A stretch of DNA of 64,000 nt from Holosporales bacterium (lineage in GTDB: Bacteria > Pseudomonadota > Alphaproteobacteria > JAJTHO01), in assembly GCA_046338525.1 (NCBI GenBank), contig JBKDWF010000022.1, positions 3,304-67,303 on the forward strand, read 5' to 3'. Below, piece after piece: positions 1 through 9,855 of the stretch (position 1 is the first letter of the stretch; every line of letters begins with the position of its first letter). The notes below the pieces were generated by a model, which had not been told where the DNA came from, made no database searches, and saw only the letters and a program-made list of their open reading frames with translations. Both the position numbers and the translations under genes were made by a program.

Positions 1-20
1 CTTGGGCACCTCTCCTCATG

Positions 21-198
21 CCCTACCCTATGCACACAAGTCTCATGAGCCTATGGAAGGGCGCGGTGCAGCCCCCTCCCTCACCTTCCCCGCTGCGCGG
101 GGTCAACAGGCAGCCGTTATCGTCTTCAAGGCAACGGCGTTGCACCGCGCTAATGCTGGAAAAGAGGCAATTTTAGGACTTGTGTGCATAGGGTAGCC
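21..198. repeat. Family A MITE-like repeat, copy A1 (complete, ~178 bp), with 20-22 bp terminal inverted repeats 'ccctaccctatgcacacaagtc' / 'gacttgtgtgcatagggtagcc'
   Basis: Perfect or near-perfect inverted termini at 21-42 and 177-198. The internal sequence recurs at 8221-8474, 15051-15147 and 22341-22585, with a fragment at 40567-40625. It supplies the last codons and stop of the zapE-like gene. Confidence 0.8.
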
Positions 199-1258
199 CC
201 CGTGGGTGTGACAATTCTTTAAGCCTTGAGGCGGTACGCTGAAACTCAAAGTCTAAAAAACCTTCTCGGTACAGTCGTTCCGGCGATGCGGCGGCCGTGC
301 AGAAAAGCTCCGTTTTGGCTTCATACAACGCATCAATGAATAACATAAAGCGCTTAGCTTCATCGGGATTCTTATCGGTAAATAACGGTATTCCTTCAAG
401 GACAATGGTTTTGAACCGTGTCGCTAGGGCAATGTAGTCGCCGCTGCCCAAGGGGAGGCCGCACACATCCCGAAAATGTAGGTACGCTGTAGTATCACAA
501 GCCTCGTTGATGCGTATTTCTCGTCCTTGAACATTAATGTGGGTTATCTCGGGGGCTATGTTTTGGCATAGTTCAGCAAACCAGCCGCGCAATGCGTGTT
601 GGTTTGCTGGGTTAAGGGGGCTTAAGTAACGGGCATCATTGAGTCCATGCCGGGTGCGGTAATCTTTATCACTGTGCAAGCTGATGATATCAAGGCGTTG
701 TTGCAAGAGGTCGATGCAGGGCAGAAATTTTTCCCGCTGTAATCCGTCTTTGTAGAGTTCGGTGGGGGCGAAATTGCTGGTAGTAATAATGTACAGCCCG
801 GCATCTAAGAGTGCTGTTAACAATCCCTGCAAAATCATTGCAGTAACAATATCGCTCACGTGAAATTCATCGAGGCACAATACATTGGTGCTTTTGCTAA
901 GATCGGCAGCAAGAGATGGCAATGGCTCAATCCGCTTATTACTGCTGCTACGCCAAGCGTTTAGAGAGGAATGGGCTTCTAAAACAAAAGGATGAAAGTG
1001 TACTCGGCGTTTTTCCTCAATGGGAAGAGTCTCGTAAAACAAGTTCATAAGCAAGGATTTGCCGCGTCCTACCTCACCCCACAAATATACGCCTTGATTT
1101 ACTGGCTTTTCTCGTTGCCAAGATAGCCAACGGCGTCGGTGCGGCTGGGCAAGAATACGGGCCTGAAGTTCGGAAAGGCGTTCCGCCGCTGCCCATTGCG
1201 CTGGGTCAGCAGACAACGCGCCGCTGTCAATAAGCCCTTGAAGTCGAGGCAATAGCAT
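173..1258 (-). CDS. zapE: AFG1/ZapE-family ATPase (cell division protein ZapE-like)
   Basis: 361 aa with Walker A 'GEVGRGKS'. Length and motif layout match the AFG1-like ATPase family. Confidence 0.75.
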   Translation of the reverse strand: MLLPRLQGLIDSGALSADPAQWAAAERLSELQARILAQPHRRRWLSWQREKPVNQGVYLWGEVGRGKSLLMNLFYETLPIEEKRRVHFHPFVLEAHSSLNAWRSSSNKRIEPLPSLAADLSKSTNVLCLDEFHVSDIVTAMILQGLLTALLDAGLYIITTSNFAPTELYKDGLQREKFLPCIDLLQQRLDIISLHSDKDYRTRHGLNDARYLSPLNPANQHALRGWFAELCQNIAPEITHINVQGREIRINEACDTTAYLHFRDVCGLPLGSGDYIALATRFKTIVLEGIPLFTDKNPDEAKRFMLFIDALYEAKTELFCTAAASPERLYREGFLDFEFQRTASRLKELSHPRGLPYAHKS

Positions 1259-1291
1259 ACGAAAGCCTAGACGCTTATCCTTACGATATCA

Positions 1292-2536
1292 TTACTTTGT
1301 CTTATCGTGGTAGTGGGCCAAATCTAGAGTGCCCTCAGTTTTATCAATCAAAACAGTAACAGCAGCATCCCCGGTAATGTTGACGGTAGTGCGGACCATA
1401 TCCAGCAAACGATCAACACCTAAAATCAACGCCATACCTTCTAATGGCAGACCAACAGAATTAAGCACCATTCCCATGAAGATAATAGAACCACTGGGAA
1501 TACCAGCGGCACCAATAGAACCAAGGGTGGCCGTAAACATCAACATGAAATAATCATGCCACCCCAGCGTAATGCCGTAGGCTTGGGCAAAAAACAAGGC
1601 GCAGATACCAAGGTAGATAGCCGTACCGTCCATGTTTATGGAAGCCCCAATGGGCATGACAAAGTTGACGGAACCGTTGCTGACCCCCATGCGTTCACTG
1701 ATGGAGCGCATGGCGTAGGGCAGGGTTGCCTTGCTGCTGCTGGTGGAGAAAGCCATTAATTGCGTAGGCAAAAGCTTGCGGTAAAAGGGCAATGGATTGA
1801 GTCGGCCAAATAATAGTAACATTACTCCAAACAACACGTATTGAGTAAAACAAGCAATCAGCGTTGCTTCCACAAGGCTCAGGAGTGTGAGGAGAACGCC
1901 AAGACCCTCGGTGGCAATGGTAGAAGCCATAAACCCGAATACGCCCAGCGGCGCAAGCTTGATGATGATTTCAATCATTTTAAAGCAGAGCGTTGCAGAT
2001 TGCTGACACACCGTTATTAAGGTTGGAACTTTTTCCCGTACCATGTTTAGGACAAAACCGACAAACATGGCAAAGACAAGCACCTGCAGGTAATGCCCCT
2101 CGGCCATTGCCCCCACAGCGTTATGTGGCACCATGTCGAGCAGGATTTTCTCCACAGAAGGCGCATTATCCTGTGCAGCGGCGTGGGTGGCTTCGGCGGT
2201 TTCACTACGCAGATTGAGACCTTTACCTGGTTCCAGTACGGTGCCGAAAAATAACCCAAGAGCGACAGCAAAAGTCGCGGTGGCAATATAAGTCCCAAAG
2301 GCTTTCACACCCATTTTACGGATGTTACCGCTAGCTCCGATGGAGGTAATGCCATTGATAAGTGCAAAAAAAATGAGGGGAATAATCACCATTTTAATCA
2401 GGTTAATAAAAATGGTGCCGAAAAACTTAAAGTCTTCGCCACTCAAGGCAGTGGGGTCAGCAGCATCCTTGGGCAGGAAGTAACCAACGGCAACACCAGC
2501 AACTAAGCCAACAAGAATTTGTTGCCACATTTTCAT
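1292..2536 (-). CDS. Dicarboxylate/amino acid:cation symporter (DAACS, GltP/DctA family)
   Basis: 414 aa polytopic membrane protein carrying the hallmark 'GASINMDGTA' motif. Confidence 0.8.
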   Translation of the reverse strand: MKMWQQILVGLVAGVAVGYFLPKDAADPTALSGEDFKFFGTIFINLIKMVIIPLIFFALINGITSIGASGNIRKMGVKAFGTYIATATFAVALGLFFGTVLEPGKGLNLRSETAEATHAAAQDNAPSVEKILLDMVPHNAVGAMAEGHYLQVLVFAMFVGFVLNMVREKVPTLITVCQQSATLCFKMIEIIIKLAPLGVFGFMASTIATEGLGVLLTLLSLVEATLIACFTQYVLFGVMLLLFGRLNPLPFYRKLLPTQLMAFSTSSSKATLPYAMRSISERMGVSNGSVNFVMPIGASINMDGTAIYLGICALFFAQAYGITLGWHDYFMLMFTATLGSIGAAGIPSGSIIFMGMVLNSVGLPLEGMALILGVDRLLDMVRTTVNITGDAAVTVLIDKTEGTLDLAHYHDKTK

Positions 2537-3546
2537 GACGACTTACCTACTGGTTCACGTCGGTTTTTAAACAACGAAAACACAACGCCGCTGCCAAGCA
2601 AGACAATGGTAACGCTTAGCGATATCCATGCCGGCATTTTTTCGATACCGAAAATATCCGCCGCAAAAATCTTACCGCCAATAAAGATCAGCACCACGGC
2701 CAGAGAATACTTGAGATAACTAAACCGATGAATAATAGCTCCCAAGGCAAAGTATAATGCTCTAAGCCCTAAAATCGCAAATATATTCGATGTATATACT
2801 ATATAGGGATCGTGGGTAATGGCAAAAACCGCTGGCACGCTATCCACGGCAAAAACCAAATCAACAACCTCAATACATATCAATGCTAACAGCAATGGCG
2901 TAGCGTAGGTGACAATGTTCCCCGTTTTTGGATGCGGTTTTTTAATAAAAAAGCGCTGTCCTTCAATGGTTTCTGTGAATCTAAAATGCTTCTTGAGGAA
3001 CTTCAGAACGCGGTTGTTGGCTATATCTGGTTCATGATCCACCATGATGAGCATTTTGATTCCCGTGACAATCAGGAATGCCCCGAAAATATACAGAATC
3101 CATGAGAACTCAGCAATCAATGTCGCGCCCAAACCAATCATAAGACCGCGCAAGAGGATAACCCCCAAAATGCCCCAGAATAAAACGCGGTGCTGGTACT
3201 TCAGTGGTATAGATAAATACGTAAATATCAATGATATAATAAAAATATTATCCATTGCTAGGGTTTTTTCCACCAGCATGGCTGTGTAATAGGTCGCCCC
3301 AGCTTCGGCCCCCTGCTTGAACCAGACAAAACCGCCGAACGCGATGGCAAACAACAGGTAAAACGCGCTCAGGCCAAGGCTTTCCTTGACGCCAATTTGA
3401 TGATCCTTGCGATGCAGAACACCCAAATCAAAAGCCAGTAGGACTACGACAATCCCCACAAACATGAGCCAGAGCCAGATAGCTTTGCCGAGCCATTCAT
3501 CCATTAAAAACTGCGATAATGTTTCCATGGGAAGAAGGCCTAGCAA
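2533..3546 (-). CDS. terC: TerC-family integral membrane protein
   Basis: 337 aa, multiple TM helices, TerC-like N-terminal pattern. Start overlaps the upstream gene by 4 nt (ATGA). Confidence 0.7.
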   Translation of the reverse strand: MLGLLPMETLSQFLMDEWLGKAIWLWLMFVGIVVVLLAFDLGVLHRKDHQIGVKESLGLSAFYLLFAIAFGGFVWFKQGAEAGATYYTAMLVEKTLAMDNIFIISLIFTYLSIPLKYQHRVLFWGILGVILLRGLMIGLGATLIAEFSWILYIFGAFLIVTGIKMLIMVDHEPDIANNRVLKFLKKHFRFTETIEGQRFFIKKPHPKTGNIVTYATPLLLALICIEVVDLVFAVDSVPAVFAITHDPYIVYTSNIFAILGLRALYFALGAIIHRFSYLKYSLAVVLIFIGGKIFAADIFGIEKMPAWISLSVTIVLLGSGVVFSLFKNRREPVGKSS

Positions 3547-3581
3547 AACAGCAAACGAATAGCAAATACTATGAGGGTTTA

Positions 3582-3809
3582 CTATGAGGGTTTATCGCCT
3601 ATGAATTGTGCAAACAACGCCGCCGCACTTTGAGTAGAGGCGATATTTTCTTGGCCGATGCGGTCATAAATTTCACCGCGCAACACTTGGACAGACGGGG
3701 GAGAGGTGATGCTGAACTTCACACTGTTGCCGCGCACTTCCTCCACCACAATGGTGATGTTATCGCCAATGCGTAAGGATTCTCGGGGTTTTCGCGTAAT
3801 ATAGAGCAT
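3582..3809 (-). CDS. csrA: Carbon storage regulator CsrA/RsmA (RNA-binding)
   Basis: 75 aa beginning 'MLYITRKPRESLRIGDNITIVVEEVRGNSVKFSI...GEIYDRI', which aligns closely with E. coli CsrA. Confidence 0.85.
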   Translation of the reverse strand: MLYITRKPRESLRIGDNITIVVEEVRGNSVKFSITSPPSVQVLRGEIYDRIGQENIASTQSAAALFAQFIGDKPS

Positions 3810-3915
3810 ATCTTAACGAGTCTTTAATCCCTCCGGGCTATGATCACCAAGTGGGCAAAATATACAGGTGAACCTTTAACAAAATGTTTACTGCTGTCCC
3901 TTAAAGGCGTTTTTT

Positions 3916-4326
3916 ATGGATATTGGCAAACTTAGGCTGTTTTCAGCTCTTAAGGAAAAAATGGACTGGCTTGGCCAGCGGCAACGGGTGTTGTCCCAAA
4001 GCGTTGCTAATGCAAATACCCCTGATTATAAGCCAAAAGATTTGAAACCACTTAACTTTGATGCGGTGTTGCGCTCGGCGGATTTGGCGCACGATCGCAA
4101 GCTAACCCCGACGCTGACCAGTCAAGCTCATCTTACCCCTAATGCCAACGCGGTGGAATTTAAGAACAGCCGCAAAAAAGACTACCGTGAGATACACCTC
4201 AGCGGCAACGCCGTGACGGTGGAGGATCAGATGCTGAAAGTCTCGCAAACACGGGAGGATCACGTATTGACCACACAACTTTATAAGAAATACACGGGCT
4301 TTTTTAAAATGGTTTTAAAACAGTAG
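3916..4326 (+). CDS. flgB: Flagellar basal-body rod protein FlgB
   Basis: 136 aa with motif 'SVANANTPDYKPKDL'. Sits in a flgB-flgC-fliE arrangement. Confidence 0.8.
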   Translation: MDIGKLRLFSALKEKMDWLGQRQRVLSQSVANANTPDYKPKDLKPLNFDAVLRSADLAHDRKLTPTLTSQAHLTPNANAVEFKNSRKKDYREIHLSGNAVTVEDQMLKVSQTREDHVLTTQLYKKYTGFFKMVLKQ

Positions 4327-4340
4327 GATAGGGATTTTTT

Positions 4341-4754
4341 ATGGAACTCAAAAACTCCATGAATATTGCGGTTTCTGGGATGAAGGCTCAGGAAATGCGT
4401 CTACGCGTGGTGGCGGAAAATATTGCCAACGCCGACTCCTTGGCGACAACCCCCGGGGGCGAGCCATATCGGCGTAAACTGATTGAATTTTCTAATATTG
4501 TAGACCCACAAACAAAGGTTTCGTTGCTTAATGTTAAGCGTATCAGCCGTGCCCAAGGAGAACTAAAAGTTAATTTTGACCCCAGTCACCCTGCCGCCGA
4601 TAAAAATGGGTACGTTAAGATGCCCAACGTGAATCGTTTTATAGAAACAATGGACATGAAGGAAGCCCAGCGTAGTTTTAGCGCAAACCTAGAAGTCCTA
4701 GAAGCATCCCGCTCGATGTTACGTAATACTGTTAATTTGCTCTCTTCCCAATAA
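4341..4754 (+). CDS. flgC: Flagellar basal-body rod protein FlgC
   Basis: 137 aa with the signature 'MNIAVSGMKAQEMRLRVVAENIANADS'. Confidence 0.85.
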   Translation: MELKNSMNIAVSGMKAQEMRLRVVAENIANADSLATTPGGEPYRRKLIEFSNIVDPQTKVSLLNVKRISRAQGELKVNFDPSHPAADKNGYVKMPNVNRFIETMDMKEAQRSFSANLEVLEASRSMLRNTVNLLSSQ

Positions 4755-4775
4755 TATAAATTAAGGTGAAACTCC

Positions 4776-5081
4776 ATGGTTGCTGTTGCTCCTATTGCTT
4801 CTGATTTTAAAGCCATTGCCTCCTTGGGCAGTGAAGGCCGCATGGTGGCAAAGCCCGGCGCACTGCCCACCTTTGCCAGCTTTTTAGAAGACAGCAGCAA
4901 GGAATCCCTGAACCTCCAGCGCGGTGCGGAACGCCTGACTGGGGAAGCCCTGATGGGCAAGGCTGACCTCACCGATGTTACTACAGCGGTGAGTAGTGCC
5001 GAGATTACCTTGCAAACCATTGTCTCCGTCAGAGATAAATTAGTGAGCGCGGTGCAGGAAATTATGCGGATGCCAGTGTAG
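4776..5081 (+). CDS. fliE: Flagellar hook-basal body protein FliE
   Basis: 101 aa. C-terminus '...VSVRDKLVSAVQEIMRMPV' is the FliE consensus, and the gene follows flgC. Confidence 0.8.
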   Translation: MVAVAPIASDFKAIASLGSEGRMVAKPGALPTFASFLEDSSKESLNLQRGAERLTGEALMGKADLTDVTTAVSSAEITLQTIVSVRDKLVSAVQEIMRMPV

Positions 5082-5090
5082 AGCGTATCG

Positions 5091-5197
5091 ACAATGGATG
5101 GATTTTGAGCCGAAAAGGGTGCTTTTTCCCGCACCGGAGCAAAGAATGAATCAGGTATCCTTTGCAGGCCAAAAAACGAGAATTGTCGATACGCTCT
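5091..5197. repeat. Family D palindrome: 15-bp perfect inverted repeat 'gagcgtatcgacaat' / 'attgtcgatacgctc' with a ~70-bp loop
   Basis: Arms at 5091-5105 and 5181-5196. The right arm, with flank 'ggccaaaaaacgagaattgtcga', recurs upstream of uvrB at 33676-33700. Confidence 0.6.
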
Positions 5198-5242
5198 AAT
5201 TAAGGCATTCCTTAATAAACACAATCTCCCTATACTCCCCCC

Positions 5243-7051
5243 ATGTTGTTACAAATTTTTGAACCTGGCCAAGTGCCTGAACCTCATGAAAAAACGGGTT
5301 TTTGCGCCATTGGCATTGATTTAGGCACCAGCAATTCGGTGGTGAGCTGGATTGACCAAAGCGGCACGCCGGAGATTGCGGTGGACGACGCGGATCGCCC
5401 CCTTCTTCCTTCGGCGGTGTATTACGGTGGGAAGGAGCCGCTGGTGGGGTATGAAGCTTTAGTTTTTGCCGCCACTGATCCGGAAAACCTAGTCACTTCA
5501 GCCAAGCGGTTGATGGGCACGAACACGCTTATTCCCATAAAAAAAGGCACGATTAGCCCCGTGGCGGTGGCGGCAGAGATATTGCTAACTATCCGCCGCA
5601 GGGCGGAAAAGGCCTTTGGCCGCCGCGTGGCGGGGGCTGTTATTACTGTGCCGGCGTATTTTGACGATACGGCTCGGGCGGCAACCAAACAGGCGGCGCA
5701 CTTGGCCGGGCTGGCGGTGCTGCGCCTGATTAATGAGCCGACGGCGGCGGCGCTAGCTTACGGACTGGAAAGTCAGGCCGAGGGCATTTACGCTGTCTAT
5801 GACTTAGGCGGCGGGACGTTTGATGTGTCGGTACTTCGCCTGCAAAAGGGGATTTTTCAGGTGTTGGCGACGGGCGGGGATACAGCTCTTGGTGGGGATG
5901 ATTTAGACGCGGGATTATTGGCGGTTTTTCTAGCGGGGGTGAGTATCGATACACCGCTTAGTGAGGCGGAAAAAAGACGCCTGTTGCCCCTCATCAAGGA
6001 TGCCCGAGAAGCCTTGACGATCCAAGAAAGCGCCGACGTGACGGCGCACCTTAAAGGCCGGGATTGTAGTCACCGTCTTGCCCGTGCCGATTTATATCTC
6101 GTGCTGCAACCGTTGTTGGACAAGACTTTGGCTATTACCGCTGCGGTGCTTGATGAAGCCAGAATCGAAAAAGGGGCACTCGACGGCGTGATTTTAGTGG
6201 GTGGGGTAACGCGCACCTGGGCGTTAAGAGAGGCGGTAAGCCGTTTCTTTGGTACCACCATTTTTGCCGAAGTGAATCCGGATGAGGTGGTAGCCATCGG
6301 CGCGGCGCGCCAAGCGGCGGCGTTGACCGAAGGGAGTGAGACGGTATTGCTGGACGTCACGCCACTATCGCTGGGGATTGAGACGGTGGGCGGTATTGTG
6401 GAGAAGGTTTTGCATCGCAATAGCCCTATTCCCACCGCTCGTTCTCAGGATTTTACTACCTACGCCGATAACCAGACGGGTCTTGTGGTGCATGTCCTGC
6501 AAGGGGAGCGAGAAACTGTGGAAACATGCCGCAGTTTGGGGAAGTTTGTGTTGTCCGGGATACCCCCCCTGCCCGCCGGCGCGGCGCGACTTCGGGTTAC
6601 CTTTGCCATTGATGCCGATGGGTTGTTGACAGTATCGGCGCAAGAACTCAGTACCGGAGCTTATCAAAGCATTGAGATGCAGCCATCTTTGGATGATACT
6701 ACCTTACGCAGCATGTTGATAGAGAGCTTGCAGCACGCCGGTGACGATATGCGAGAGCGCCTGCACCGTGAGGCCGTGGTGGATGCTCAGCGGGTTCGGA
6801 CTGCGTTGGCCTCGGCTCTTGCCGCAGACGCGGCGTTGTTGACCGCTGACGTTGCTGCAACGATTAAAGCGGCAGAAGATGAGCTTGCTCAGCGCTTAGA
6901 AACCGGGGATCGTGATGCCATTGTCGCGGCGGCGGCTGGTCTTGAAAAAGCCGCCCGGCCTTTTGTGGAGGCACGCATTAACAAGGCCGTGGGTGCGGCC
7001 ATGACCGGGGAGACGGTGGACAGCGTAGCAAGGCAATTGCGGCAAGGCTAA
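5243..7051 (+). CDS. hscA: Fe-S cluster assembly chaperone HscA (Hsp70 family)
   Basis: 602 aa. N-terminus 'MLLQIFEPG...IGIDLGTSNS' and C-terminal region align with E. coli HscA ('LLQISEPG...') rather than DnaK. Confidence 0.85.
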   Translation: MLLQIFEPGQVPEPHEKTGFCAIGIDLGTSNSVVSWIDQSGTPEIAVDDADRPLLPSAVYYGGKEPLVGYEALVFAATDPENLVTSAKRLMGTNTLIPIKKGTISPVAVAAEILLTIRRRAEKAFGRRVAGAVITVPAYFDDTARAATKQAAHLAGLAVLRLINEPTAAALAYGLESQAEGIYAVYDLGGGTFDVSVLRLQKGIFQVLATGGDTALGGDDLDAGLLAVFLAGVSIDTPLSEAEKRRLLPLIKDAREALTIQESADVTAHLKGRDCSHRLARADLYLVLQPLLDKTLAITAAVLDEARIEKGALDGVILVGGVTRTWALREAVSRFFGTTIFAEVNPDEVVAIGAARQAAALTEGSETVLLDVTPLSLGIETVGGIVEKVLHRNSPIPTARSQDFTTYADNQTGLVVHVLQGERETVETCRSLGKFVLSGIPPLPAGAARLRVTFAIDADGLLTVSAQELSTGAYQSIEMQPSLDDTTLRSMLIESLQHAGDDMRERLHREAVVDAQRVRTALASALAADAALLTADVAATIKAAEDELAQRLETGDRDAIVAAAAGLEKAARPFVEARINKAVGAAMTGETVDSVARQLRQG

Positions 7052-7151
7052 TCATTCGCTATAGGCTATCATGGTAATGAACAATCTTCCTGTAAAGCGT
7101 GGAATTTTTCCAACCCTTGCGGCGGCGGTGCGCCGCTGCTACAGGAGGGTT

Positions 7152-7931
7152 ATGCAAAAATCTGCCCCGCGTCGTGTTAAAATTTATGAAGGTAAGGCCA
7201 AGGTTCTCTTTGAGGGGACACAACCCGGCACATTGGTGCAATATTTCAAGGACGATACTACGGCTTTTAATAACCAAAAACATGCGGTCATTGAAGGCAA
7301 GGGGGTTATCAACAATCTCATTTCTGAATACATCATGATGCGCCTTGAAGATGTTGGTATTCCTACCCATTTCATCCGCCGCATCAATATGCGCGAACAA
7401 TTAATCCGGCAGTTGGAGATCATCCCCCTAGAGGTGGTGGCTCGTAATGTTATTGCGGGCAGCCTGGCCAAACGCCTTGGCCTGACGGAGGGCAACCCCC
7501 TGCCCCAGCCGTGGTTTGAATTGTACTATAAAAACGATGCCTTAGGTGATCCCTTGGTGACCGAAGATCACGCCATCGCTTTTGAATGGGCCGCACCGCA
7601 AGAATTGCAAATCATGGCCAGCATGGCTCAGCGAGTGAACGATTTTCTGTGCGGCTTGTTTGCGGGGATTGGCCTCAAGCTTGTGGATTTCAAGATTGAA
7701 TTTGGCCGCCTCGTCAATGAAGACGGTGAGGTTGAGATTTACTTAGCCGATGAGATTTCCCCGGATTCCTGCCGCCTTTGGGACATAAAAACCAATGAGC
7801 CAATGGACAAAGATCGTTTCCGCAAGGATATGGGCGGTATGCGCGAAGCCTATCAGGAAGTGGCGCGACGCCTTGGGGTATTACCAAAGGATGGGTTTAC
7901 CCAACGGGATAAAGATGAGGTTGTATCATGA
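7152..7931 (+). CDS. purC: Phosphoribosylaminoimidazole-succinocarboxamide synthase (SAICAR synthetase)
   Basis: Begins '[22 protein letters not shown]...' with typical PurC length. The tracked ORF start at 7071 is an upstream extension. Confidence 0.85.
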   Translation: MQKSAPRRVKIYEGKAKVLFEGTQPGTLVQYFKDDTTAFNNQKHAVIEGKGVINNLISEYIMMRLEDVGIPTHFIRRINMREQLIRQLEIIPLEVVARNVIAGSLAKRLGLTEGNPLPQPWFELYYKNDALGDPLVTEDHAIAFEWAAPQELQIMASMAQRVNDFLCGLFAGIGLKLVDFKIEFGRLVNEDGEVEIYLADEISPDSCRLWDIKTNEPMDKDRFRKDMGGMREAYQEVARRLGVLPKDGFTQRDKDEVVS

Positions 7932-8170
7932 AGGCGCGTGTCCATGTTTTCTTAAAGCCCGGCGTGCTGGACCCCCAAGGTCAGGCGATTGAAAAAGCCC
8001 TGCACGGCCTTGGCTTTGACGGCGTTGCCGAGGTGCGTCAGGGTAAGTTTTTTGATATTGCCTTAATCGCCGATGATGAGGCAGCGGCAAAACAACAGCT
8101 CGATGCCATGAGCCGGAAGTTGTTGGCCAATACGGTGATTGAGTCGTTTAGTATTGCGTTGGTTTCATAG
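7928..8170 (+). CDS. purS: Phosphoribosylformylglycinamidine synthase subunit PurS
   Basis: 80 aa beginning '[25 protein letters not shown]'. ATGA overlap with purC. Confidence 0.85.
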   Translation: MKARVHVFLKPGVLDPQGQAIEKALHGLGFDGVAEVRQGKFFDIALIADDEAAAKQQLDAMSRKLLANTVIESFSIALVS

Positions 8171-8220
8171 TTTGCGAGGCATCGAAAAGCCTTACCTGTG
8201 AAGCAATCCGCTCCTTTTGG

Positions 8221-8474
8221 CCTAGCCTATACACACAAGTCCTGAAATTGGCTCTATTCCAGCATTAGCGCGGTGCAACGCCGTTGCTTTGAAGACGATA
8301 ACGGCTGCCTGTTGCCTCCTTCTCCCGCCCAGCGGGGGAAGGTGAGGAAGGGGGTGTTTAAAACTATTAAAACCAATGCTTTGTTCTCGTGCTTTTCACC
8401 CCCTCCCCGTAAGGCCATCGGCTTTACGCCTCCGGCGCTGCGCGGGGGGCTGCACCGCGCCCTTCCATAGGCTC
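8221..8474. repeat. Family A repeat, copy A2 (long variant, inverted relative to A1, right inverted terminus missing)
   Basis: Shares 'ctatacacacaagtcctgaaattggctct...gcggtgcaacgccgttgctttgaagacgataacggctgcctgttg...' with A1 and A4. Carries the extra internal segment also present in A4. Abuts the ffh stop codon. Confidence 0.8.
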
Positions 8475-9822
8475 AAAACAATCCCTGCAAATCCCCCTTC
8501 AGCCCCGCCCGCATCAGCTTTTTCTTATCCATCCCCCCCAGTTTTTTCATCATCTGGGCCATTTGTTCTTGCTGTTTCAGAAGGCGATTCACCGCCGGCA
8601 CGTCGGCCCCGGCCCCGGCGGCAATGCGCCGCTTGCGACTGGCATTGAGCAGTGCGGGCTTGCGCCGCTCAGTGGGGGTCATGGAGAGGATAATCGCTTC
8701 TTGCTGGCGTAATTTTTTCTCGGCTTCTTTAGTATCAACGCCTTTTGCTGCGGCGGGCAACATTCCCATAAGGGAGGATAAGCCGCCCATGCGCCGCATT
8801 TGGCGCAGTTGCCCGAGTAAATCCTCAAAATCAAACTGACCTTTTTGCAGCTTGGCGGTGAGCTTTTCGGCCTCTGCCGCATCGATAGTAGCGGCGGCTT
8901 TTTCCACCAAAGATACCACATCGCCCATGCCAAGGATGCGATCGGCCACCCGGCGGGCGTGAAATTCCTCCAGCGCATCGGGGCGTTCTCCAACCCCCAA
9001 AAAGCGAATGGGCGCACCCGTCACGGCGCGCATGGATAGAGCCGCCCCGCCTCGCGCTTCGGCGTCCATGCGGGTGAGAATAATGCCGGAGATGGGCAGA
9101 GCATCGGCAAAGGCTTTGGCCACGTTCACCGCATCCTGTCCAGTCATGGCATCGGCCACCAGCAACGTTTGCACCGGGGTTGCGTCGGCATGAACTGCCT
9201 TTATCTCCTGCATTAATTCTTCATCGATGTGAAGGCGTCCGGCGGAATCAAGCACCAAAACATCGTAACCGCCGAGGCGTGCTTGCGCCAGTGCGCGTTG
9301 GGTAATAGCCAAGGGTTTTTCGCCATCGATAATGGGCAAACTGTCGGCAGCAATCTTTTCGGCCAATTGCCGCAATTGCTCCTGGGCTGCCGGGCGATAG
9401 ACATCAAGAGAGGCCAGCAAAACTTTCTTACCCCGACGCATCATCAGGTATTTGGCCAACTTTGCCGCGCTGGTGGTTTTGCCCGATCCTTGTAACCCAC
9501 ATAATAAGACTACCGCCGGGGGCTGAACGTTCAGGGGCAGGGGATCAACCTCTTCCTCGCCGCCGAGTAATTCTATAAGAGCCTCGTGGACAATTTTCAC
9601 CACCATTTGGCCGGGACGAATGCTTTTGATAACATCGGTGCCTACGGCTGTGGCTTTTACCTTGGTAATAAAGTCTTTCAGTACTGGCAACGCCACATCG
9701 GCCTCCAGCAGCGCAATGCGAATCTCCCGCAGAGCGGCATCCACATCGTCAGTACTCAGGGTGCCGCGCCGGGTTAATGTGTCAAAAACGGCGGTAATTT
9801 TTTGGGTCAGGCTGTTAAACAT
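8473..9822 (-). CDS. ffh: Signal recognition particle protein Ffh
   Basis: 449 aa with GTPase motifs 'GLQGSGKTT' and 'DTAGR', followed by a Met-rich M-domain. Confidence 0.9.
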   Translation of the reverse strand: MFNSLTQKITAVFDTLTRRGTLSTDDVDAALREIRIALLEADVALPVLKDFITKVKATAVGTDVIKSIRPGQMVVKIVHEALIELLGGEEEVDPLPLNVQPPAVVLLCGLQGSGKTTSAAKLAKYLMMRRGKKVLLASLDVYRPAAQEQLRQLAEKIAADSLPIIDGEKPLAITQRALAQARLGGYDVLVLDSAGRLHIDEELMQEIKAVHADATPVQTLLVADAMTGQDAVNVAKAFADALPISGIILTRMDAEARGGAALSMRAVTGAPIRFLGVGERPDALEEFHARRVADRILGMGDVVSLVEKAAATIDAAEAEKLTAKLQKGQFDFEDLLGQLRQMRRMGGLSSLMGMLPAAAKGVDTKEAEKKLRQQEAIILSMTPTERRKPALLNASRKRRIAAGAGADVPAVNRLLKQQEQMAQMMKKLGGMDKKKLMRAGLKGDLQGLF

Positions 9823-9855
9823 GGCCGGGGTTATGCCACGGGCGCGGGGGAAAAG

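Noticed and set aside
2-196. 64-aa ORF on the plus strand at the window start
   Set aside because: Lies entirely within repeat A1. Similar pseudo-ORFs occur in the other repeat copies (8273-8470, 8376-8648). It is a repeat-derived reading frame, not a gene.
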